This document shows, in pieces, positions 1-6,406 of a stretch of DNA of 12,001 nucleotides. Position 1 is the first letter of the stretch, and the number at the start of each line of letters is the position of its first letter. Below the pieces are notes generated by a model that was not told the origin of the DNA, searched no databases, and saw only the letters and a program-made list of their open reading frames with translations. This stretch comes from Candidatus Ratteibacteria bacterium (GTDB lineage: Bacteria > Ratteibacteria > UBA8468 > B48-G9 > JAFGKM01), in NCBI GenBank assembly GCA_046296715.1, contig JBKBIN010000041.1, positions 1-12,001 on the forward strand, in the 5' to 3' direction. The position numbers and the translations under genes are program-made.

Positions 1-2
1 GA

Positions 3-329
3 ATCCTTGCTGCTGTGGCTGTCCCTTTATATAGAGGACAAGTAAAAAGAGCAATGGCATCAGAAGGAGCAGCACTTTTAGGTTCAGTTAGAACTGCTGA
101 AAGAATTTATTTTGCTGAACATAATAAGTATCTTGAAGTAACAAATGGTGGTGGAGCAAATGACCCTCTTGGTATAGACACAACAGGAAATAAATACTTT
201 AAAACTTATACAGTTACAGTGGGAGCAGGAGGAACTACATTTACTGCTACAACAACTGGAACAGGTGATGCTACTGGAATTACTGTAACTATTGACCAAG
301 ATGGAAATTTGACATATTCTGGTATTTAA
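3..329 (+). CDS. pilA: Type IV pilin, probably the major pilin (5'-truncated by the window edge)
   Basis: The frame is open from base 3 and reads ILAAVAVPLYRGQVKRAMASEGAALLGSVRTAERIYFAEHNKY. This is the end of the hydrophobic pilin alpha1 helix (..ILAAxAxPxY..) followed by the amphipathic helix. A short Thr/Gly-rich beta head follows. The GTG start at 15 in the ORF track is internal, and the cleavage site lies upstream of the window. Confidence 0.85.
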   Translation: MLAAVAVPLYRGQVKRAMASEGAALLGSVRTAERIYFAEHNKYLEVTNGGGANDPLGIDTTGNKYFKTYTVTVGAGGTTFTATTTGTGDATGITVTIDQDGNLTYSGI

Positions 330-338
330 ATATAAATT
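309..338 (+). promoter_or_regulatory. Possible sigma70-type promoter in front of pilM
   Basis: TTGACA at 309-314 is followed by TATAAA at 331-336 (16-nt spacer) or TAAATT at 333-338 (18-nt spacer). The -35 box lies in pilin codons and the DNA is AT-rich, so chance occurrence is plausible. Confidence 0.3.
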
Positions 339-342
339 TGAA

Positions 343-1260
343 ATGAATTTAAAAATATGTATTGATATAAGTGAAGAATTTATAAAGATTATAGAAGGTT
401 GGGAAAAAAAGGGAAAAATTTACATAACAAATATTGAAAAAGTTAAAAATCCAATTGACGATTTTGAAAAAATAACTGAAGAAGATATTGAAAAAATAGG
501 AAGTTTTTTAAGAGATTTTTTAAGGGAAAATAAATTTAATGGTAAAAAAGGAATTTTTAGTGTAAATGATAAAGATTTTTTTTATCATATTTTGGAGTTA
601 CCAAGTTTATCAAAAGAAGAACTTGAAAATGCAATAAAACTTGAAGGAATTCAATTAATTCCAGATTTTATAGAAAATTATGAATATGATTATTATTACT
701 TAGATTTGAATAATAAAAAGGGTGTAATTCTTATTGCATATCCTAAAAATAAAACTGACCTATTAATCAAAATTTTACAAAAAGCACAATTAAAACCTAT
801 TATAATGGATGTTAATGGTATTGCTGCATTAAACAGTTTTTTATACTTTAATCAACAAGAAAATCAAGTAGCAATCTTAAATATTGAATTCCCAATCTCA
901 AATTTATGTATTTATTTAAAAGATATTTTTTTGCTTATAAGAGACATACAAATTGGAATTAAAAATGTAGAAGAGGCAACAGATTTAAAAGAAAAAATAT
1001 CTGAATTTATAAATGAATTAAAAGTTTCTTTTCAATATTTTCAAAATAAAACAGGAAAAAGTATTAATAAAATTTTTTTAACAGGGGAAGCAAAAAGAAT
1101 TACATTATTAAAAGAGTTAATAGAAGAAAATTTGAATTTATTTGTTGACTATTATAATCCACTTTTAAACTTTACAGATAGTTTAATTCCAGTTGAAAAA
1201 AAAGAAGATGGTGTTTCTTATGCAGTTTGTGTAGGTTTATTGCTTAGGAAAATAATATGA
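343..1260 (+). CDS. pilM: Type IV pilus assembly protein PilM-like (actin/FtsA-like fold)
   Basis: N-terminal CIDISEEFIKII resembles the GxDIG motif. Other PilM-like segments are ELPSLSKEELENAIKLE, LKPIIMDVNGIAALN, KIFLTGEA and the C-terminal YAVCVGLLLR. It is first in an M-N-O-P-Q gene order. Confidence 0.85.
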   Translation: MNLKICIDISEEFIKIIEGWEKKGKIYITNIEKVKNPIDDFEKITEEDIEKIGSFLRDFLRENKFNGKKGIFSVNDKDFFYHILELPSLSKEELENAIKLEGIQLIPDFIENYEYDYYYLDLNNKKGVILIAYPKNKTDLLIKILQKAQLKPIIMDVNGIAALNSFLYFNQQENQVAILNIEFPISNLCIYLKDIFLLIRDIQIGIKNVEEATDLKEKISEFINELKVSFQYFQNKTGKSINKIFLTGEAKRITLLKELIEENLNLFVDYYNPLLNFTDSLIPVEKKEDGVSYAVCVGLLLRKII

Positions 1261-1859
1261 TTGAAATTAATATTTTAAGGAGTAGATTAGAAAAGTATAT
1301 AAAAAGAAATTTAATTTTAAGAGTGCTTATCTTTTATCTTTGTGGGCTTTTTATAATTCTTTTTGTTTGTTATGGGATATTTCTTTCAAACAGAATAATA
1401 ATAGAAAGGATAAAAAAAGAAATTACTGATCTTGAAAAAAAGATAATGTTAGAAAAAACCATTTTTGAAAATTTAAGACAAAGTGACGAAAAATTAAAAA
1501 TTTTATGTCAGAAATGTTCTTTTTATAAAGATGAATATCAAAATAAGATATTATGGAGCAAAAATCTTTCTATAATTTCTGAATCCCTACCGGTTGGAAT
1601 GTGGATTAATAAACTTTCTTATAAAAAAGAGTATAATAAAGAAGGAAGAGAGTTTATTATAATTATTGAGGGTTATATCTCTCCACTTTTTATAAAACCT
1701 GAAAAAGGATGTTCCATTTTTGCAAAAAATTTAAAAGAATTTGGCAGAAATCTTTTTGAAAATTTATCTCTTTTAGAAATTGCAAAAGGGAAACTTGAAG
1801 ATAATGATGTCTATTATTTTAAGTTTTTAGTAAAACTAAAAAATGAAAGAAATATTTAA
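1257..1859 (+). CDS. pilN: PilN-like alignment-complex protein
   Basis: N-terminal MIEINIL matches the PilM-binding INLL motif. One TM helix and a coiled coil follow, then WS..L..IS..LP.GMWI..L and IIIEG. The start overlaps the pilM stop (ATGA). Confidence 0.8.
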   Translation: MIEINILRSRLEKYIKRNLILRVLIFYLCGLFIILFVCYGIFLSNRIIIERIKKEITDLEKKIMLEKTIFENLRQSDEKLKILCQKCSFYKDEYQNKILWSKNLSIISESLPVGMWINKLSYKKEYNKEGREFIIIIEGYISPLFIKPEKGCSIFAKNLKEFGRNLFENLSLLEIAKGKLEDNDVYYFKFLVKLKNERNI

Positions 1860-2373
1860 CATTATTAAGGGGAAAATTTTATGGATAGTTATAAGTTATG
1901 CTTTTGTTGTGATTTTATTTTCAGTTGTATTTTTTATACCACAGAAAAATCTAATCCTTAAATATAAAGTTGAAAAAGATTTACTTGAATATAATTACTT
2001 AAGAATAAAAAATAATCCATCATTTTTCAAATCAATAGCAAATGCAGTTGGAATAGCAGAAGAACTTATAAATAATTTTGAGTGGCTTATTAACTCTGAG
2101 GACCCAAATCTTTCAATTTTTCAACATCTTGAAGATCTATCTAAAAAAACAGGTATAGAAATTATTTCAATTAAAAATACAGAGGATAATAGTGAATTAT
2201 ATTATACTTGGGATATTAAATTGGCTGGTGATTTTAAAAGTTTCGTTGATTTTGTCTATCTTGTTGAAACAGATGAAAAATTTCTAAAAATTGAAGAAAT
2301 TGAAGTTTTATCAAGTGGAGAAAAAGGCGATTTCTTTAATTTAAAAATTTCAGGAATAAAAAAGGTAAAATAA
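1843..2373 (+). CDS. pilO: PilO-like (PilO/GspM family) protein
   Basis: An N-terminal TM helix is followed by LEDLSKKTGIEIISI and IKLAGDFKSFVDFVYLVE...FLKIEEIEV, a typical PilO ferredoxin-like core. It lies directly after pilN. Confidence 0.75.
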   Translation: MKEIFNIIKGKILWIVISYAFVVILFSVVFFIPQKNLILKYKVEKDLLEYNYLRIKNNPSFFKSIANAVGIAEELINNFEWLINSEDPNLSIFQHLEDLSKKTGIEIISIKNTEDNSELYYTWDIKLAGDFKSFVDFVYLVETDEKFLKIEEIEVLSSGEKGDFFNLKISGIKKVK

Positions 2374-2377
2374 AGGT

Positions 2378-2899
2378 ATGGAAAAGAAAAAAGCAGTTCT
2401 GGTAATTTTAACATTAATTTTAGTAATCTTGTGGGGATGGCAATTAAAACCCAAAAAAACAAAAATATCTGAAAAAATGAATGAACAAAATATAATAGAA
2501 GAGAAGGAAATTATTGGAGGGATTGATTTAAGACAAATTGAGAATAATTTTTCAGAAATTAGAAAAAAAATTGATGAATTTAAGTTAAGCAAACCTGAAA
2601 AAATTAAAATATTAAAAAATCCTTTAAAATCTTATATTATAAAAAAAGAAGAAAATGGGAAAATTATCAAAGAACCTGAAAAACCGATAAAAGTAGAGCA
2701 ACCAGATTTTACAATTTCTGGAATTGTCTATGATGAAAAGAAACCTTATGTTATACTCAATGATGAAATAAAACAGGAAGGAAGTAAAATTGGAGATTTT
2801 GAAATTTTAAAAATCTATCCTGAAAAAATTATTTTAAAAGACAAAAATGAAAATTTTTTTACAATAAATTTTGAATTTGAAAAAGGAGAAAAAAAATGA
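2378..2899 (+). CDS. PilP/GspC-HR/GspB-like membrane-anchored periplasmic protein
   Basis: It has an N-terminal TM anchor with no Cys lipobox and a KNPL motif. The C-terminal beta domain reads FTISGIVYDEKKPYVILNDEIKQEGSKIGDFEILKIYPEKIILK. It occupies the pilP position between pilO and the secretin. Confidence 0.65.
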   Translation: MEKKKAVLVILTLILVILWGWQLKPKKTKISEKMNEQNIIEEKEIIGGIDLRQIENNFSEIRKKIDEFKLSKPEKIKILKNPLKSYIIKKEENGKIIKEPEKPIKVEQPDFTISGIVYDEKKPYVILNDEIKQEGSKIGDFEILKIYPEKIILKDKNENFFTINFEFEKGEKK

Positions 2900-4197
2900 A
2901 AAGGAAATTTTTAAAAACTTTAATTCTATTTTTTATCCTTACTATTTTTGCTTCTACAGAAGAAAAATTAACAATTACTTTTTACCAAACAAAACTCGCT
3001 CAAGTTTTACAGGTGTTAAGTAAAAAAACAGGAATTAAATTAATAACAAGCAGTGAACTTGCAGAAAGGCCAATAAGTGCATATCTTGAAAATGTTACAG
3101 GCCAAGAAGCAATTGATTCAATTCTAAAAGCAAATGGTCTTTATAGAGAAAAACTTCCAGATAGTGATGTTTATGTTGTAAAAGAATTTAAAGAAAAACC
3201 ACAACTTATATCAGAGGTTATATTTTTACAGTATGCGAAAGCAGAAGATTTAGGAAAAGTTTTAACTCCATTATTAAGTAAAAGTGGTAAAATTATAATA
3301 GATACAAGAACAAATAGTTTGACAATTCAGGATACAGAGGAAAATTTACTGGACTTAAAAAAGATAATCAGTTTACTTGATAGAAGCATTCCATCTATTC
3401 AAATAGAAGCAGTGCTTGTTGAACTTACAGAAGATGGCTTAAAAGATCTGGGAATAAAATGGAATCTTGAAGCAAATTTTTTTGGTCCAGCAGAAGATGT
3501 GGCCTATCCTTATAATATGAAAGTTGAAAGAGAAGTTGTAGGACCTGGAACTACTACAACAACTGGTGCAGGCGCTACAGTAGGTCCACAATTTATACTT
3601 GGAAGAATATCTTTCCAGGCATTGACTGCTACTTTAAAATTACTTGAAGCAAAAGGACAGGCAAATATTCTTGCAAATCCAAGAGTAACAACTTTAAATG
3701 ATTCACCAGCAACAATAAAAATAACAAAAAATATGGCAATTGCAGAAAAAACAACCTATACAGTAGGAACAACAGGAACAGTAGCACCAATTACAAAAGA
3801 ACCAATATTTGCAGAAGTCGGAGTTACTCTTGTCGCAACTCCTCATATTAATGAAAAAGGAGATATAATTCTTGAAGTTGAACCTGTTGTTTCATCTGCT
3901 GAACCATCTCCATTTATTGCTGAAGCAGTAGATACAAATATAAGAACAGCAAAAACAAAAGTTATGGTAAAAAATGGAGAAACAATCGTAATAGGAGGAC
4001 TTTTAAGAACAGAAAAAACAAAAAGAAGTCAAAAAGTTCCTCTTCTTGGAGACATATTTCCATTCTTGTTTAAAAATAAATATGAATCAACAAAGAAAAC
4101 AGACCTTGTGATATTTCTTACTCCCAAGATAATTACTGAAAAAGAAATTAGAGAAATTGTAGAAAAAGAAAAAGGAAAATTTGATGAAAAAAAGTAG
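2896..4197 (+). CDS. pilQ: Outer-membrane secretin (PilQ/GspD family), compact form
   Basis: A signal peptide is followed by an N0/STN-like domain and one N3-type repeat (FLQYAKAEDL...IIIDTRTNSLTIQD...IISLLD). Secretin-domain motifs are QIEAVLVE, LGIKW, ANILANPRVTTLND, VGVTLVATPHIN, VMVKNGETIVIGGL, KVPLLGDI and LVIFLTPKII. Confidence 0.95.
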   Translation: MKRKFLKTLILFFILTIFASTEEKLTITFYQTKLAQVLQVLSKKTGIKLITSSELAERPISAYLENVTGQEAIDSILKANGLYREKLPDSDVYVVKEFKEKPQLISEVIFLQYAKAEDLGKVLTPLLSKSGKIIIDTRTNSLTIQDTEENLLDLKKIISLLDRSIPSIQIEAVLVELTEDGLKDLGIKWNLEANFFGPAEDVAYPYNMKVEREVVGPGTTTTTGAGATVGPQFILGRISFQALTATLKLLEAKGQANILANPRVTTLNDSPATIKITKNMAIAEKTTYTVGTTGTVAPITKEPIFAEVGVTLVATPHINEKGDIILEVEPVVSSAEPSPFIAEAVDTNIRTAKTKVMVKNGETIVIGGLLRTEKTKRSQKVPLLGDIFPFLFKNKYESTKKTDLVIFLTPKIITEKEIREIVEKEKGKFDEKK

Positions 4198-4576
4198 TGG
4201 TTTTTCACTTGTTGAAACTATAATATCAATTTTAATAATTGTAATTGCAATTTTTGGAACCTTTTCTTATTTCTTTTATTCTCAAACTAATTTAAATCTT
4301 GAAAGACATAGAAGAACTGCTTTACAAATTGCACAGGCAAGAATTGAATTTTTAAGAACTGTGAATTATAATAATCTTGAAAATTATATTGAAAATGGAA
4401 CAGATGTTAATATAGATGAAATTACTGGAAAAAGAATAACAATAATTGAAAATATTGATGACCCTGAAGAGCAAGATGGAATTCCAGATTATAAAAAAAT
4501 AACAGTAAAAGTTATATGGTTTGAAAATAAAAAAAACAATGAAGTTAATTTACAAACAATAATAGCACCATGGTAA
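4184..4576 (+). CDS. Prepilin-type minor pilin (PilV/GspI-like)
   Basis: The class III signal MKKSSG|FSLVE has Glu at +5 and is followed by a hydrophobic helix, ALQIAQARIEFLR and KKITVKVIW. ATG 4184 is preferred over TTG 4181. It overlaps the secretin stop. Confidence 0.85.
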   Translation: MKKSSGFSLVETIISILIIVIAIFGTFSYFFYSQTNLNLERHRRTALQIAQARIEFLRTVNYNNLENYIENGTDVNIDEITGKRITIIENIDDPEEQDGIPDYKKITVKVIWFENKKNNEVNLQTIIAPW

Positions 4577-4824
4577 AGATAAAAGAGGGTTTAACGGTTA
4601 TAGAGATGATAATTGCGGTTGTAACCAGTATTATAATTGTGATTACAATCGGATATTTACTTTTTTATGGAAATAAAACATATAAGATTGAAGAAAAAAA
4701 GATTGAATTGAAAAGAGAAGGTGTTTCAGGAATAAGATTTATAGAAAAGAAATTAAGAGATAAAAAACCAGAACAGATTGAAATTCAGGATGGAGGAAAA
4801 ACTTTGATAATAAAAAAGAATTAA
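4570..4824 (+). CDS. Prepilin-type minor pilin (PilW/GspJ-like), unusually short and probably only the N-terminal half
   Basis: The class III signal MVKIKEG|LTVIE has Glu+5, followed by a hydrophobic helix and an amphipathic helix ending IRFIEKKLR. The ORF stops after only about two predicted beta strands (84 aa). Confidence 0.75.
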   Translation: MVKIKEGLTVIEMIIAVVTSIIIVITIGYLLFYGNKTYKIEEKKIELKREGVSGIRFIEKKLRDKKPEQIEIQDGGKTLIIKKN

Positions 4825-4833
4825 AATTGACTC

Positions 4834-4861
4834 TTGACAAATAAAAATTAAAAGGTAAAAT
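4834..4861 (+). promoter_or_regulatory. Internal sigma70-type promoter
   Basis: A perfect TTGACA (4834-4839), a 16-nt spacer and TAAAAT (4856-4861) lie in the only sizeable intergenic gap (52 bp) of the + strand run. The -10 box ends 15 nt before ATG 4877. Confidence 0.6.
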
Positions 4862-4876
4862 TTTATTAGAGATAAA

Positions 4877-5410
4877 ATGAAAAGATATTATATAATTCTA
4901 ACTGAAATAATTTTATTATTATTTATCCTTGCAGGTTGTGAATGTGGTCCTGGAATACCGGGTGAACCTATTGAAGGACCTGAACCAGAACTGCCTCCTC
5001 CAACAACACCACCGTCCCCTCCTCCACAAACACAAAATGAATATTTTAAGATAGAAGGTAATAATCTTGTTTATTTTGATGGAACAAAAAAGTATTATTT
5101 GATAAAGGATAAAGTAGAGAATTTAAAATTTGATAAAGTTAAAGGATATGGCAACTCTTATTATGTAAATGTTGATTTAAATCTTAAAGATGGAAAAATT
5201 AGAACTTTTCTAAATTCAGTTATTGCATTAAGAAATATTAGTAGAACAATAAATTCAATTTCAACTGGCTCTGGTAGTTCATCAGGTTCAGGTAGTTCAA
5301 GTGGTAATTCTGGTAGTTCAGGTGGTGGCACAAATATTGACTTTCAACCAGTTAAACCACCAGAAATTGGCCCTCCTTTTCCTCCACCTGGTAGCGAGGA
5401 GACAAAATGA
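4877..5410 (+). CDS. Predicted lipoprotein: Pro-rich linker, PilW/GspJ-like C-terminal beta domain, Gly/Ser- and Pro-rich tail
   Basis: MKR is followed by a hydrophobic stretch and the lipobox LAG|C (Cys21, 4937-4939), then PELPPPTTPPSPPP. The central domain EYFKIEGNNLVY...LIKDKVENLKF...VNVDLNL...SVIALRN resembles the usual end of PilW/GspJ-like pilins. The stop overlaps the next start (ATGA). Confidence 0.65.
   Translation: MKRYYIILTEIILLLFILAGCECGPGIPGEPIEGPEPELPPPTTPPSPPPQTQNEYFKIEGNNLVYFDGTKKYYLIKDKVENLKFDKVKGYGNSYYVNVDLNLKDGKIRTFLNSVIALRNISRTINSISTGSGSSSGSGSSSGNSGSSGGGTNIDFQPVKPPEIGPPFPPPGSEETK
5273..5320 (+). repeat. Coding short direct repeats (GGTAGTTCA x3 plus one variant) encoding a Gly/Ser linker
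   Basis: GGTAGTTCA occurs at 5273-5281, 5291-5299 and 5312-5320, with the variant GGTAATTCT at 5303-5311. Confidence 0.8.
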
Positions 5411-6405
5411 GAAAAGGAATTGCTTTAATGGCAGTTATAATGATAGTAATAATACTTTCTATTCTTGGTCTTTCTCTTTTAAATATGTCTGGAATTGAAG
5501 GAATTCTTACAAGAAAACAGAATTTTTATTTTAAAGCACTTAATATTGCTGAAGCAGGTCTTGAAAGGGCTATGTGGAAACTTACAAAACAACCTACCTG
5601 GAGAAGTGGATGGAATAATGTTATTTTTGGAGATGGATATTATAAAGTTACTTTAACAAATCAATCAGATGGAACAATTTTAATTTCATCAACAGGTTAT
5701 TGTAAAGGCATAGAAAAAACTGTAAAAGCAGAAGTTAATGTTTCTTCTTCATCTTCTTCTCCTTCGATTTCATTTACATCAGGAACTTCATTAGGAAACA
5801 TAGGTAATTTCCCTGGTACTTATGGAGACATTGGACAAAGTTTTACAACTGGTTCTTCTTCTATAAAAGTAGCAAGGGTTGAAATGCAAATAAAAAAAGA
5901 TAATCCGAATGTAAGTAGTATATATATGACAATAAGAGAAAATAGTACTGTTGGTAGAATATTGGGAACAAGCAATACTATATCAAGTTCACAAATTCCA
6001 CAAGGGCAAGCAATATGGATTCCTTTTGAGTTTAATCCTTCAGTCCAATTACAACCAAATAAAAAATATTATTTAAGATTATCATCAATACCACCTTCAA
6101 CAAATCCTTCATCTGGAGCAATTGGGAAAATACATATTACATATGCAAACCCAACTTATAGAAGAATTGGCGGAGGACATACAAGAAGTGATATAGGAGA
6201 TGGATTGCCAAGTTATGAAGGTCCGGAAATTATTGAAATATCACCTTACCAATCTGGTGAAGCATATAGATATATTGGTAGAAATAATAATCCAAATTAT
6301 ATAGGAGAAGTTTTACAAGAAGATTTTAATTTCAGAATTTTTCCCTCTACAACTTCAACTGTAAATATTGTTAACTGGTCAGAAGAACCATATAGAAATT
6401 TCTAA
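5407..6405 (+). CDS. PilX/GspK-like minor pilin with an inserted beta-rich domain
   Basis: MRKG|IALMA lacks Glu+5, as is typical of PilX/GspK. ALNIAEAGLERAMWKL is a PilX N-terminal motif, followed by ILISSTGY. A poly-Ser linker (5743-5766) leads into an extra domain, and the protein ends in IVNWSEE. Confidence 0.85.
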   Translation: MRKGIALMAVIMIVIILSILGLSLLNMSGIEGILTRKQNFYFKALNIAEAGLERAMWKLTKQPTWRSGWNNVIFGDGYYKVTLTNQSDGTILISSTGYCKGIEKTVKAEVNVSSSSSSPSISFTSGTSLGNIGNFPGTYGDIGQSFTTGSSSIKVARVEMQIKKDNPNVSSIYMTIRENSTVGRILGTSNTISSSQIPQGQAIWIPFEFNPSVQLQPNKKYYLRLSSIPPSTNPSSGAIGKIHITYANPTYRRIGGGHTRSDIGDGLPSYEGPEIIEISPYQSGEAYRYIGRNNNPNYIGEVLQEDFNFRIFPSTTSTVNIVNWSEEPYRNF

Positions 6406-6406
6406 T

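Noticed and set aside
84..299. Minus-strand 71-aa Ser/Cys-rich ORF resembling a RiPP or metallothionein
   Set aside because: It is the antisense shadow of the Thr/Ala/Gly codons of the pilin.
2256..2592. Minus-strand ORFs 2256..2462 and 2350..2592
   Set aside because: They are antisense to well-supported pilO/pilP-like genes and have no motifs.
247..3566. Shared 13-mer CTACAACAACTGG in the pilin (247-259) and the secretin (3554-3566)
   Set aside because: Low-complexity Thr-Thr-Thr-Gly codons explain it.
4792..4844. In-phase slippery heptamer A_AAA_AAG (4812-4818) with an upstream GGAGG, suggesting a programmed -1 frameshift joining the two pilW-like parts
   Set aside because: The -1 frame stops at 4842-4844. 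The +1 frame, which is that of ORF 4877, stops at 4835-4837 and 4856-4858. No single shift fuses the ORFs.
4822..5038. IS/MITE or intron as the inserted segment
   Set aside because: I saw no terminal inverted repeats, exact target duplication, transposase or intron-like structure.
5273..5320. CRISPR-like or regulatory repeat array
   Set aside because: The units are 9 nt, in frame and encode Gly-Ser-Ser, with no spacers of CRISPR length.
5032..5410. ACAAAATGA following both Pro-rich segments (5032-5040 and 5402-5410)
   Set aside because: It is a 9-nt A-rich match in different frames, expected by chance in this composition.
5301..5498. 65-aa + strand ORF
   Set aside because: It is an alternative frame lying entirely over two better-supported genes.
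6157..6318. Diversity-generating retroelement TR/VR pair
   Set aside because: Only 10 of 20 mismatches fall on adenines of the AAT-rich copy, both copies are in one ORF, and no reverse transcriptase is in the window.
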